DNA of 64,000 bases from Gammaproteobacteria bacterium (GCA_965237805.1 OZ250153.1:1280001-1344000); one strand, 5' to 3'. Shown: positions 32,822-42,614, counted from the first letter of the stretch. Translations and numbers: made by a program. The notes: generated by a model from the letters alone, not told the origin.

Positions 32822-33523
32822 TCAGTGGTCGGTCACGGGCGCTGTTGTGCCGAATACGATATCTGGCAGGGTCGACAGCGATGCGTAGTTTTTGGCGCGC
32901 ATATTGACATGGTGGGCATCGTGCTTGCGCGCCATGAAATCGAAGTAGGCAAACACTGGCCAACGGGTCTCTAGGCCCCAGTGCACCACCACATTGATTG
33001 TGGTGTAAAGCCACAGGGCGATGAGGAAGGCGGTTGGGTGCATCGGGCTGATGGCGGTGATGATGGCGATGCAACCGCTCCAGACGAGGAGGCCGAGAAT
33101 GGTCTCCACCGGGTGTAGATAGAGGCTGTCACAGGCTTGGGGGAATCTGGCTTGGTGGTGCACCGCATGCACCATTTGTAGCGGCCCGTGCAGGATGTCG
33201 CGGTGCAAGAAGTAGTAGAGGAAGTCGTAGAGCACGAGCAAGGCGATGATCTGCGTCGCCCCCACCCACCATGAAGTCTGCGCCGGACTGAAGAACTGTC
33301 CGTAGAGTACCAGCGGCACACCAAAGGTGAAAATGCCCGACAGGGTACCGTTGCCGACGAGGTGCTTGGCCAGTCGCGCCCCCTTGATGGTGCGCGGGTC
33401 GGTCTGTTCGCGTATGCGCTTGCCCTGTGCCCACTGAGAGCGGTAGAGCACGACGGCGGCTCCAGTCAGCAGGCCGGTCCAGATATAGATGCCGAGCAGG
33501 CCCAGCGAATACGGGGCGGGCAT
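32822..33523 (-). CDS. Sterol desaturase / fatty acid hydroxylase family membrane protein
   Basis: Histidine boxes DFLYYFLHR..H, HAVHH, HP.E and HDAHH...NY; hydrophobic segments. Confidence 0.9.
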   Translation of the reverse strand: MPAPYSLGLLGIYIWTGLLTGAAVVLYRSQWAQGKRIREQTDPRTIKGARLAKHLVGNGTLSGIFTFGVPLVLYGQFFSPAQTSWWVGATQIIALLVLYDFLYYFLHRDILHGPLQMVHAVHHQARFPQACDSLYLHPVETILGLLVWSGCIAIITAISPMHPTAFLIALWLYTTINVVVHWGLETRWPVFAYFDFMARKHDAHHVNMRAKNYASLSTLPDIVFGTTAPVTDH

Positions 33524-33572
33524 CAGGGTCAGATCGATAGGCGCTGTCTCTCGGTTACACGGTGGGCGGCTG

Positions 33573-34316
33573 TCAGTCCTCGGTTGCTGCCAGCACGGCA
33601 GCTTCTAGTCTGGTTTCGGTGGTGCGGAAGATGATGTCCGGGAAGGCAGACATCGAGGCGTAGTTCTTCGAGCGCATGCTGATATGGTGGGTGTTGTGCA
33701 TGCGTGAAACATAGTCCAAGTAGGGCAATATGCCAGTGTCCAGTCCACAGTGCACCATGATATTGACGCAAGTGTAGATCAACAGCGCGATGAGAAAAGC
33801 GATCGGGTGCATCGGGCTGACCATCCCGACGATGGCCACGCAGCCCAGCCACAGGCCGACACCGAGCGCGATTTCCGTCGGGTGCAGGAAGAAGCTATCG
33901 TTGGCCTGTGGGTGCCGTGCCCGGTGGTGCACCGCATGCACCTTGTGCAACGGTCCATGCAGGATGCTGCGGTGTAGGAAGTAGTAGAGGAAGTCGTAGA
34001 TGACCAGCAGCGCGAGGATCTGCAGGCCACCCACCCACCAAGTGATCGGCGCGTCGCTGAACAGCTGGCCGTAGAGCAGGATCGGGACGATGAAGGTCAG
34101 AGACGTGGACAAGATGCTGTTGCGCAGCTTGTAGGCGCTCCCCAGGTGCGGGTGGTGTGCCCGTCTGTGCGCGGGCTCACGAATGCGCATTCCTGCGCTG
34201 GCGGGGGAGCGGTGAAACTGCATCGCGAAATGCACCAGCAGGCCATTGGCGATATAGACGGCGATGATGCCGAGCACATATTTGAATGGCATCAAGCTAA
34301 TAGACATGGCGTACAC
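33573..34316 (-). CDS. Sterol desaturase / fatty acid hydroxylase family membrane protein (paralogue)
   Basis: Same His boxes (HRSILH, HAVHH, HNTHH...NY); collinear with the neighbouring gene. Confidence 0.9.
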   Translation of the reverse strand: MYAMSISLMPFKYVLGIIAVYIANGLLVHFAMQFHRSPASAGMRIREPAHRRAHHPHLGSAYKLRNSILSTSLTFIVPILLYGQLFSDAPITWWVGGLQILALLVIYDFLYYFLHRSILHGPLHKVHAVHHRARHPQANDSFFLHPTEIALGVGLWLGCVAIVGMVSPMHPIAFLIALLIYTCVNIMVHCGLDTGILPYLDYVSRMHNTHHISMRSKNYASMSAFPDIIFRTTETRLEAAVLAATED

Positions 34317-34581
34317 CCTCCATTGGCCAAGGCATTTTGCGCCTGTGCCGCATCGCTAGATGTAGCGAATTTTCAGTATGCCACAAACGCACTGCCCCCG
34401 CAACTCAGCGAGCCGCTCTCGGCTCATATTGCACAGGTGGAGGCACCCGACCGTGCCCTGCCCTGTCTTGACCGAGTGCGCGTCCCGCATGATAATCTGG
34501 GGCGAAGCGTTGTGTGGGCGCAAGCCGTTGCCGAGTCGAGTAAGTATCGCGATGGCGCGGTGCAGATCTGTACCAAAATGG

Positions 34582-34656
34582 GGGGCCGTAGCTCAGCGGG
34601 AGAGCACCTGCTTTGCAAGCAGGAAGTCGGGAGTTCAATCCTCCCCGGCTCCACCA
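34582..34656 (+). tRNA. tRNA-Ala (anticodon TGC)
   Basis: Cloverleaf: acceptor GGGGCCG/CGGCTCC with G3:U70, D arm GCTC/GAGC, anticodon arm CCTGC-TTTGCAA-GCAGG, T arm GGGAG-TTCAATC-CTCCC, and encoded CCA. Confidence 0.97.
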
Positions 34657-34810
34657 TGACCGAGTCGTGATGGCACCGTCGTACCCCCCCGCCATGGGTC
34701 GGGTGCCACTGTGCGCCTGCCCGACGATACCGAGGGGCGTTCCTGCAACTGCCACTTTCGCTGATAATGCAGCTGTGCTGGTTGGCGCGAGCGATATGGA
34801 GCGGCGTGCT

Positions 34811-35728
34811 GTGGACTATCCGAGCATAGAGTCTTGTGTGGGAGAGACCCCGCTGGTGCGCCTGCAACGCCTGACAGAGGGCTTGGGCAGCGAGGTGTTG
34901 CTGAAATTGGAGGGCAACAATCCGGCCGGATCGGTCAAAGATCGCCCAGCCCTCAATATGATCCGCGCGGCCGAGGCGCGCGGCGAGCTGCGCCCGGGCG
35001 ACACGCTGATTGAGGCGACCAGCGGCAATACGGGCATCGCCTTGGCGATGGCCGCCGCCGTGCGCGGCTACCGTCTGTTGCTGATCATGCCAGAGCATAT
35101 GAGCGAGGAGCGCAAGCAGGCCATGGCCGCCTATGGTGCTGAGCTGATTGAGGTCAGCCGCGAGCAGGGTATGGAGGGCGCGCGCGATCTCGCACTGCGC
35201 ATGGCGGAGCGGGGTGAAGGGCGGGTGCTCGACCAGTTTGCCAATCCGGACAATCCCGATGCCCATTACCGTGGCACCGGCCCTGAGATCTGGCGCCAGA
35301 CCGGTGGTGAATTGAGCCACTTCGTCAGCTCGATGGGGACCACCGGCACGGTGATGGGCGTTTCGCGTTATCTGAAAGAGCGCAATGCCGAGCTGCAGAT
35401 CATCGGTTTGCAGCCAGCCGAGGGCGCGACGATTCCCGGCATCCGCCGCTGGCCGCCAGCCTATCTGCCGAAGATCTACGATGCGACACGCGTCGACGAG
35501 ATCATCGATATCGGGCAGCGCGAGGCCGAACAAACCACCCGTGCCTTGGCGGTGCGCGAGGGCATCCTCTGCGGTGTCTCCTCCGGTGGTGCCGTGGCCG
35601 GTGCCCTGCGCGTGGCGGAGAGGCGTGCCGGCTCGGTGGTGGTGGCCATCGCCTGCGATCGCGGTGACCGCTACCTGAGCACTGGCGTCTTCAGCGCAGC
35701 CGCCGACGGTGATAGCGATGGTGGCTGA
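34811..35728 (+). CDS. cysM: Cysteine synthase B
   Basis: KLEGNNPAGSVKDRPA, IEATSGNTGIALA, SSMGTTGT, IPGIRRWP and CDRGDRYLS. Confidence 0.96.
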   Translation: MDYPSIESCVGETPLVRLQRLTEGLGSEVLLKLEGNNPAGSVKDRPALNMIRAAEARGELRPGDTLIEATSGNTGIALAMAAAVRGYRLLLIMPEHMSEERKQAMAAYGAELIEVSREQGMEGARDLALRMAERGEGRVLDQFANPDNPDAHYRGTGPEIWRQTGGELSHFVSSMGTTGTVMGVSRYLKERNAELQIIGLQPAEGATIPGIRRWPPAYLPKIYDATRVDEIIDIGQREAEQTTRALAVREGILCGVSSGGAVAGALRVAERRAGSVVVAIACDRGDRYLSTGVFSAAADGDSDGG

Positions 35729-37019
35729 GCTGCGTGTGTGGTGGTTCGGCATTGCCACCTTGGCCTGTGCGCTGGCATCGCTGTCGGCGGCGGCGGGCGC
35801 GACGGAGCTGCGGGTGCAGAGCAACAAGACGAGCTTGGCCCCCGGTGAGAGCTTCGAGTTGAGCCTGTGGCTGGATCTGTCGGCGAGCTCCACCAGCTTG
35901 GGGGTCAATGCCGCTGGTGCCACCCTGAGTTGGGATGCCAGCTCGATGGATCTGGACATCACCGGGGACTATGCTGCCATCCGGGACTTCCTCAGCACCC
36001 CCAGCACCTCGGTGCAGCTATCGCAGGCCACCGCTGACTATCATGTGGCCGGGGTGTATTACGACAGCTCGGGGATCGCCACCTTGACGCTCGCCCTGTT
36101 GGCCGCGCGAGGGAACTACAGCAGCGATAGGACATCCAGTGTCATCCCCTGTGTCGCCGATGACTGCAGTCGCTTTGAGCTGGTGCAGTTGACTATGAAG
36201 GTGCCACTGGTGTCGGGTTCTGGCACTGTCGCGCTGGCTGCCACGGCCCCCGCCTATTCGCGTAGCCCCTACGGAGCGGCTGTGGACTCTTCGGCCATCC
36301 AAACGGTGGCGGTGCAGGCCGCGGCCACTGTCGGCACGCTGAGTCCCGGCGGGGCATCCTTGGTGCTGGATTTTGGGCGGGGGGTAGATTTGAGTGCGTC
36401 GACCTTCAGCTGGTCGCCGTCCATCAGCTCCCTCAGCTACACCGTATTGGACACGCAACGCCTGCAACTGTCTTTGCCGGGTCAGAGTGGCTTGGTCGAC
36501 GGCTCGACATTTCAGCTGGTGGTGACGCGTGGCGCACGGAGCTCAACGCTGACCTTGGGGGTGGCGATAGAGGCCGATCGCCTGCGTGCCGAACTCAGTT
36601 CGACGACGGTGACTGCCGCCAGCAGCTTTACGCTTTCGGTGCAAGGTGTCGATGCCCATGGCAACGTAGATCTTGACTATCAGCTGGCTTCGACGACGAC
36701 GCTGTCGCTCTCTCCCGACGGTGTTAGCGTCAATGCGGTGCTAGAGCCGCAGCAGGGGCGCTTTACCCTGAGCAATCTGCGGGCCTCAGCGGAGGGGGCG
36801 GTGCAGCTGACGGTGCGTGATGGCGGGCTGGTCGGTTCGGTGGAGCTGCTGCTGAGCTCCACCGCTACGCAGCTGGTGCTGCGCCTGCTCGATTCGGCGG
36901 TGCCAGTGGCCGATAGTTCCTTCACGCTGACTGTGGTGGCGGTGGACGCTCATGGCGTGCAGGATTTGGATTTCGAGCTGGCAACGGCACCGCTACAGCT
37001 CGAACTCAGCTCGCCCTGA
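35718..37019 (+). CDS. Secreted Ser/Thr-rich protein with cohesin-like and Ig-like domains, possibly truncated
   Basis: Signal peptide ending LSAAAGA, beta-rich composition, repeated SSFTL(S/T)V..VDAHG..DLD(Y/F) unit whose second copy is cut by the stop. Confidence 0.6.
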   Translation: MVAELRVWWFGIATLACALASLSAAAGATELRVQSNKTSLAPGESFELSLWLDLSASSTSLGVNAAGATLSWDASSMDLDITGDYAAIRDFLSTPSTSVQLSQATADYHVAGVYYDSSGIATLTLALLAARGNYSSDRTSSVIPCVADDCSRFELVQLTMKVPLVSGSGTVALAATAPAYSRSPYGAAVDSSAIQTVAVQAAATVGTLSPGGASLVLDFGRGVDLSASTFSWSPSISSLSYTVLDTQRLQLSLPGQSGLVDGSTFQLVVTRGARSSTLTLGVAIEADRLRAELSSTTVTAASSFTLSVQGVDAHGNVDLDYQLASTTTLSLSPDGVSVNAVLEPQQGRFTLSNLRASAEGAVQLTVRDGGLVGSVELLLSSTATQLVLRLLDSAVPVADSSFTLTVVAVDAHGVQDLDFELATAPLQLELSSP

Positions 37020-37117
37020 GCTGCCTGCGGCGGGGGAGCTGCTCGGCTTCGTGTCTAAGCCGTCCGCTGACCCTGCGGCATAATAGGCGCTGAGGATTTG
37101 ATGCGGGAGGCCGCTCT

Positions 37118-38014
37118 ATGAGCGATGCGGGCATCTGCCGAGGCCGCGTGGCGGTCGTCACCGGAGCAGGCCGTGGCCTCGGTCGGGGCTACGCCGAGGC
37201 GCTGGCGGCCGAGGGTGCACGGGTGGTCGTCAACGACATCGATTTAGACGCCGCCCACGAGGCGGTGGCGGCCATCGTCGCGGCTGGTGGCGAGGCCGAG
37301 CCCAATCATGATGACATCACCAGTCGCGAGGCGGCTGGGCGCATCGTCAAGCAGGCACTGGAGCACTTCGGTGGCCTGCACGCGGTGGTCAACAATGCGG
37401 GCATCTGCCGCGATCGCATGTTTGTGTCGCTGTCGGAGAGCGAATGGGACGATGTCGTGCGGGTGCACCTCAAGGGGCACTATTGTCTGTCCAGCCAAGC
37501 CTGCGCCTACTGGCGTACAGAGGCCAAGGCTGGCCGTGCGCCGCAGGGGCGCATTGTCAACACCAGCTCCGGTGCTGGCTTGCAGGGTTCGGTGGGGCAG
37601 TCCAACTACGCCGCCGCCAAGGCGGGCATCACCGCGTTGACACTGGTGCAGGCGGCGGAGTTGCTGCGCTACGGTATCACTGCCAACGCGTTGGCTCCGT
37701 CGGCGCGCACCGCGATGACCACTCAGGTGGAGGTCTTTGCCGAGCGCATGAAGGTGCCTGCAGACGGCTCCTTTGATTATTACCACCCCGGCAATATCGC
37801 GCCGTTGGTGGTGTGGCTGGCGAGCGGCTTGTCGGGGCATGTCAGCGGTCAAGTCTTCGAGGTGGAGGGTGGCAAGATCATCCTCGCCGATGGCTGGCGG
37901 CGCGGTCCAGAGGCGGATAAGGGTGCGCGTTGGCAGCCATCGGAGATCGGTGCGGCGGTGGATGGCCTGCTGCGGGACGCGGTGCCACCGTTGCCGGTCT
38001 ACGGCGCTTCCTAA
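37118..38014 (+). CDS. Short-chain dehydrogenase of the steroid C/D-ring degradation cluster (Rv3548c-like)
   Basis: VTGAGRGLG, NNAGICRDRM, VHLKGH, NTSSGAGLQGSVGQSNYAAAK and C-terminal P.PVYGA. Confidence 0.85.
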   Translation: MSDAGICRGRVAVVTGAGRGLGRGYAEALAAEGARVVVNDIDLDAAHEAVAAIVAAGGEAEPNHDDITSREAAGRIVKQALEHFGGLHAVVNNAGICRDRMFVSLSESEWDDVVRVHLKGHYCLSSQACAYWRTEAKAGRAPQGRIVNTSSGAGLQGSVGQSNYAAAKAGITALTLVQAAELLRYGITANALAPSARTAMTTQVEVFAERMKVPADGSFDYYHPGNIAPLVVWLASGLSGHVSGQVFEVEGGKIILADGWRRGPEADKGARWQPSEIGAAVDGLLRDAVPPLPVYGAS

Positions 38015-38037
38015 AGGCTTTCTGTCGGCGCGTGGCG

Positions 38038-39225
38038 ATGGATTTCGCGTTCGGCGAAGAGCACCGGCTGATCGGGGATACTGCAGATCAGTTCCTGAGT
38101 CGCCACAGCAACTCGGCGCAAGTGCGTGCGGCGATGGCCAGCGAGCTGGGATACGACCCGGTGCTGTGGCGTGCTGTGGTGGAGGAAATGGGCTGGCCGG
38201 GCATCCATTTACCCGCAGACTGTGGTGGCTTGGGCCTCGGCTGGGTCGAGTTGGCGGTGGTGATGGAAGCGGCTGGCCGCCGTCTGCTCTGTGCCCCTTT
38301 TTTCGCGACTGCTTGCATGGCGGCACCGTTGTTGTTGGCATCGGCATCAGCGGCGCAGCGCGAGCGATGGTTGGCACCGCTGGCGGCTGGGCAGACGGCC
38401 GCGCTGGCTTTTATGGCACCACAGGGGCGATGTTGGGCGGTCGATGACGCCACCGCGGTGCAGGCCCGTCGCGATGGCACTGGCTATACCCTCTCCGGTG
38501 AGCTGAGCCATGTGCTTGACGGACACAGTGCCGAGTTGCTGTTGGTGGCGGCACGCGACGAGGACGGTGCGCTGTGCCTGTTCGCGCTGCCGTCCGACAG
38601 CGCCGGACTGCTGCGGTGGCGGTTGCCGACCATGGATCAGACCCGCCCACTGGCGGCGTTGCGGCTGGACGGGGTCACGGTCTCAGCTGAGCAGCGTCTC
38701 GGCGAGCCGGGGGCGGCAGCTGAGCGCGCACTCGAGCGCACACTGTTGCTGGCGGCGGCGGCCTTGGCCGCCGAGCAGGCTGGCGGCGCGCGCCAGTGCT
38801 TGGAGATGACGGTAGCCTACACCAAAGAGCGCCGTCAGTTCGGCCGCAGTATCGCCTCCTTCCAAGCGGTCAAACATAAGTGCGCGAATATGATGCTACG
38901 CGTCGAATCGATGCGCTCTGCCGCTTTCTACGCCGCCGGTGTCGCTGATCGAGCCTTGGCGGACGATGCCGACGCGGCGGCTCGGCAGGCGCTGGCCGAG
39001 GCGGTGGCGGTGGCTGGCAGCTACTGCTCGGAGGGCTTCTTTCACTGCGCTGGCGAGTCTTTGCAACTGCACGGCGGCGTCGGCTTCACTTGGGAATACG
39101 ATGTGCATCTGTATTTCAAGCGCGCACGTGCCGCCGCCGCCATGCTCGGCACAGCGGCGCAGCACCGCGAGCGTTTGGCCGCCTTGGCTTTTGATGGGGT
39201 CGACGGCACCGAGGAGGCAGCATGA
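38038..39225 (+). CDS. Acyl-CoA dehydrogenase, probable partner subunit of a heterotetrameric steroid ACAD
   Basis: MDQTRP, RRQFGRSIASFQAVKHKCA and QLHGGVGFTWEYD.HLYFKRA; stop overlaps the next ACAD start. Confidence 0.88.
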   Translation: MDFAFGEEHRLIGDTADQFLSRHSNSAQVRAAMASELGYDPVLWRAVVEEMGWPGIHLPADCGGLGLGWVELAVVMEAAGRRLLCAPFFATACMAAPLLLASASAAQRERWLAPLAAGQTAALAFMAPQGRCWAVDDATAVQARRDGTGYTLSGELSHVLDGHSAELLLVAARDEDGALCLFALPSDSAGLLRWRLPTMDQTRPLAALRLDGVTVSAEQRLGEPGAAAERALERTLLLAAAALAAEQAGGARQCLEMTVAYTKERRQFGRSIASFQAVKHKCANMMLRVESMRSAAFYAAGVADRALADDADAAARQALAEAVAVAGSYCSEGFFHCAGESLQLHGGVGFTWEYDVHLYFKRARAAAAMLGTAAQHRERLAALAFDGVDGTEEAA

Positions 39226-40409
39226 AAGCTGGCGACGGTGCCGGTGATGCAGCCTTCCGCCAAGAGGTGGCGCAGTGGCTCGCCGAGCAGCTGCGGGGCG
39301 AGTACGAGCAGCTGCGCTTTCGCGGTGGCCCCGGCGATGAGCATATGTTCTTTGCTGAGCGCAGTGCTTGGGAGCGCGAGTTGGCGGCTGGCGGCTGGAT
39401 CGGCATCGCTTGGCCTCAGGCGCACGGCGGACGTGATCTCCCGCTGTCCCAGCAGGTGATCTTCCACGAAGAGTATGCCCGCGCTGGCGGTCCGGGTCGG
39501 GTCGGTCATATTGGTGAGACACTGCTGGCACCGACCTTGCTGGCTTTTGGCAGCGAGGCACAGTGCAAGCGCTTCCTGCCAGCGATACGCGCAGGGCGCG
39601 AGCTGTGGTGCCAAGGCTACTCCGAGCCGGGAGCGGGTTCTGACTTGGCGGCGGTGCGCACCAAGGCGCGGCTGGACAAAGCCAGCGGCGAATGGGTGTT
39701 GGAAGGGCAAAAAGTGTGGACCTCACTGGCCTTGGAGGCCGATTGGTGCTTTGTACTGGCGCGCTCAGAGGAGGGTTCCACGAGTCGCCACGGACTCAGC
39801 TATCTGTTGGTGCCGATGCGCCAAGACGGCATCGAAGTGCGCCCTATCCAGCAGTTGACTGGTACCTCAGAGTTCAACGAGGTCTTCTTCGACGGCGCAC
39901 GCACGGCGGCGGAGAATGTCGTCGGTGCGCCGGGTGAGGGTTGGCAGGTGGCGATGGGCACACTGGGCTTCGAGCGCGGTGCCTCGACGCTGGGCCAGCA
40001 GATGCAATTTACCAACGAGTTCCAGCAAGTGTTGGCGGTAGCGCGGCGCAACGGGGCGCTTGATGACCCGGTCATGCGCCAGCGCTTGGCGCGCTCGTGG
40101 GCGGAGTTGCAGATCATGCGCTACAACGCCTTGCGTGTGCTGGGCGGTGGCAGCTCCGGCCCCGGGGCGATGATTTCCAAGCTGTACTGGGGGACATGGC
40201 ACCGGGAGTTCGGTGCCTTGGCGATGGAAGTGCTGGGTCCCGAGGCCGAGTTGTTGGAGGAGGGCAGCGACTACCAGTTGAGCCGCCTGCAGAGCGTTTT
40301 TCTCTTCAGTCGCTCCGATACCATCTACGCAGGCACCAATCAAATTCAACGCAACATCATCGCCGAGCGCGCGCTCGGCATGCCGCGCGAAGCGCGCGGA
40401 GGAGACTAG
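39222..40409 (+). CDS. Acyl-CoA dehydrogenase, FadE30/IpdE1-like (HIP catabolism)
   Basis: GGPGDEH, FHEEYARA, ELWCQGYSEPGAGSDLA, GQKVWTSLA, EFNEVFFD, FERGASTLGQQ and DTIYAGTNQIQRNIIAER.LG.PRE. Confidence 0.9.
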   Translation: MKAGDGAGDAAFRQEVAQWLAEQLRGEYEQLRFRGGPGDEHMFFAERSAWERELAAGGWIGIAWPQAHGGRDLPLSQQVIFHEEYARAGGPGRVGHIGETLLAPTLLAFGSEAQCKRFLPAIRAGRELWCQGYSEPGAGSDLAAVRTKARLDKASGEWVLEGQKVWTSLALEADWCFVLARSEEGSTSRHGLSYLLVPMRQDGIEVRPIQQLTGTSEFNEVFFDGARTAAENVVGAPGEGWQVAMGTLGFERGASTLGQQMQFTNEFQQVLAVARRNGALDDPVMRQRLARSWAELQIMRYNALRVLGGGSSGPGAMISKLYWGTWHREFGALAMEVLGPEAELLEEGSDYQLSRLQSVFLFSRSDTIYAGTNQIQRNIIAERALGMPREARGGD

Positions 40410-40411
40410 TC

Positions 40412-41221
40412 ATGGCCGAGCAAGCAGGGGCGGGGCGGGGCGAGAACCGAGTGGACTATGTGGCCGGGCACGGCCTGTTGACAGGGCGACGGGTGCTGGT
40501 GACGGCGGCGGCCGGCACTGGCATCGGCTCGGCGGTGGCCCGGCGCGTGCTGGAGGAGGGTGCCGCGCAGTTGCTGATCAGTGATATCCACGAGGGGCGC
40601 TTGGAGGAGACGGCCTCGCGCTTGGAGAGCGAGCTCGGCAAGCGGCCGCTGACGCAGCGCTGCAATGTTTGCGAAGAGGATGATGTGAGCGCGCTGTGGC
40701 AGCGTGCGACGGACGCTATGGGGGCTGTCGATGTGCTGATCAACAATGCTGGCCTCGGCGGTACGGCGGCGCTGGTCGACATGAGCGACGAGCAGTGGCA
40801 CAAGGTTTTGGATGTGACGCTGAACGGCACTTTCCGCATGACTCGCGCTGGCTTGCGGCATATGCGTTTGCACGATGGCGGCGTGATCGTCAACAACGCC
40901 TCGGTGCTGGGTTGGCGAGCGCAGCGCGAGCAGGCCCACTATGCGGCGGCCAAGGCGGGGGTGATGGCCTTGACCCGTTGTGCGGCGGTGGAGGCCGCCG
41001 ACTACGGCGTGCGCGTCAACGCTGTGGCACCTTCACTGGCGATGCACCCTTTTCTGAGCAAAGTAACCAGCGATGATCTGCTGGCCGAGCTGGCCTCACG
41101 CGAGGCCTTTGGCCGCGCTGCCGAAACTTGGGAGGTGGCCAATGTCATGGTATTCCTCGCCAGTGACTATTCCTCCTATATGACTGGTGAGGTGGTGGCG
41201 GTCAGCAGTCAGCGGAGCTGA
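40412..41221 (+). CDS. Short-chain dehydrogenase, IpdF (Rv3559c)-like
   Basis: GHGLL.G..V.VTAAAGTGIG, NNASVLGWRAQ..Q.HYAAAKAGVMALTRC and EAFGRAAE.WEVA..FLASDYSSY.TGEV. Confidence 0.9.
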   Translation: MAEQAGAGRGENRVDYVAGHGLLTGRRVLVTAAAGTGIGSAVARRVLEEGAAQLLISDIHEGRLEETASRLESELGKRPLTQRCNVCEEDDVSALWQRATDAMGAVDVLINNAGLGGTAALVDMSDEQWHKVLDVTLNGTFRMTRAGLRHMRLHDGGVIVNNASVLGWRAQREQAHYAAAKAGVMALTRCAAVEAADYGVRVNAVAPSLAMHPFLSKVTSDDLLAELASREAFGRAAETWEVANVMVFLASDYSSYMTGEVVAVSSQRS

Positions 41222-41254
41222 GCGGCTGCCCGCTCCATTGGCCGCGCGCAGTCT

Positions 41255-42376
41255 TTAGCCCTTCAGCTCTGCCAAAAGCCGTTCCATGAACTGCGTCACA
41301 AAAGTGGTGACCTGCGGCTCCATACCGCTACACAGCGCGGTGCGGCTGATGATCAGGCCGAAGCTGAAAGCGGCCCACGCTTGGTAGTACTGGCAGGCCC
41401 CTGGGTCGCGACCGGTCGTGCGTGCCCAGTAGTCGATGCTTTCCTGCTCGCCGGGGAAGCCCTCCAGTCGAGGGATGCCCATGGCCTCGCTCAGTGAGCG
41501 ATCCAAGGCCAGCCACCAAGCCAAATCCTGCACCGGATTGCCGATGATGCTCATCTCCCAGTCCAGCACCGCCGCCACCTCGCGCTTGTCCGGCGTGTAC
41601 ATGGTGTTGCCGAGGCGGGAATCGCCCCAGCACAGGCCGGTATGCGCCGTGTCGTCCGGCGGCTTGTTGGCGACAAACCAGTCGAAGGCGCGCTCATATT
41701 CCGGCACTGGCATGCCCTCTGGTGCCCAGTGTAGGTAGTGCTCCCAATAGCTGAAGAGCTGATCTTGTGCCGTTGCGCCCGCTGTGCGTCCGAATAGGAA
41801 ATCGAAGCCGTCGCGCCAATCGGCGGCGTGTATCTTGGTCATTGCCTCGAGACCGATCCACCACAGATGCTCGCGCTCGGCCGGGGTGGTGTCGTCGTGC
41901 ACCCAGCCCGCCATGTGCATCGGCGGGATGTCGGGTGGCACGATGCCGTTGACATGCTCCATCACATAGAAAGGCTGGCCGATCACCGAGGCATCTTCCT
42001 CCAAGCCCAGTAGCGGGGGCACCGGCACCCGCCCTTGGAGGCCGTCCATCAGCCGGTACTGCACCGACATATCGTAGTTTGGAAAGATCAGGCGCTGGCC
42101 GGTGGGCTGTAACCGGGCGACGCAGCGGCGCTCGCGCTCGTTGCCGGCGGCATCGCGCCAGTGCAATGGGAACATCAGCGTGATGTTTGACATGCCCGAA
42201 GTCTCGGGGATTTTCAGCGAGTCGATCCTCAGATCGCCGCCACCCTCGGCCTCAATGCGCGGGGCAAACCACGCGATCAATTTCTGCCGCGTCGCCTCCT
42301 GATCGGCCACTTTGGGCGTGGAGCGCTGTGCCCGCATCTCTGCGATCTCTTCTTCGCTCAGATTGTACTCGGCCAT
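41255..42376 (-). CDS. APH/choline-kinase-like phosphotransferase family protein
   Basis: GMSN.T, PFYVMEHV.G, catalytic LCWGDSRLGN, AVLDWEM and G.P..DLAW. Confidence 0.88.
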   Translation of the reverse strand: MAEYNLSEEEIAEMRAQRSTPKVADQEATRQKLIAWFAPRIEAEGGGDLRIDSLKIPETSGMSNITLMFPLHWRDAAGNERERRCVARLQPTGQRLIFPNYDMSVQYRLMDGLQGRVPVPPLLGLEEDASVIGQPFYVMEHVNGIVPPDIPPMHMAGWVHDDTTPAEREHLWWIGLEAMTKIHAADWRDGFDFLFGRTAGATAQDQLFSYWEHYLHWAPEGMPVPEYERAFDWFVANKPPDDTAHTGLCWGDSRLGNTMYTPDKREVAAVLDWEMSIIGNPVQDLAWWLALDRSLSEAMGIPRLEGFPGEQESIDYWARTTGRDPGACQYYQAWAAFSFGLIISRTALCSGMEPQVTTFVTQFMERLLAELKG

Positions 42377-42614
42377 CGTCGCTACAGCTGTCCGGTTCAG
42401 TTGCAAAAAAGCCAATATAACACGGACGGCTTGTGGTTATCGGGGTCGGTAGCTGTGGACACCGGGCAGCCTATCACGCCTGCAGAGCGCTGCTGGACAG
42501 CGGTCTTTGGGGCGCTTGCCCTTGGTGGCGATGGGCCTCAAGCGGTGCTTGGTGCCACTGCGCCGTGCGCCACACTAGCTTGACCATGATTGTGCAGCTG
42601 GGCGCATCCCGTAC

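Noticed and set aside
34582-34656. tRNA-Ala as an integration site for a genomic island
   Set aside because: No integrase nearby, no duplicated tRNA 3' end noticed, and cysM follows directly.
34424-35962. 512-aa minus-strand ORF
   Set aside because: Antisense shadow of cysM and the tRNA; long shadow frames are expected in GC-rich DNA.
37244-38377. 377-aa minus-strand ORF
   Set aside because: Shadow of the SDR and ACAD genes.
41255-42376. APH-family gene as an aminoglycoside resistance gene
   Set aside because: Length, the WGD motif and the acyl-CoA context fit the metabolic kinase subfamily better.
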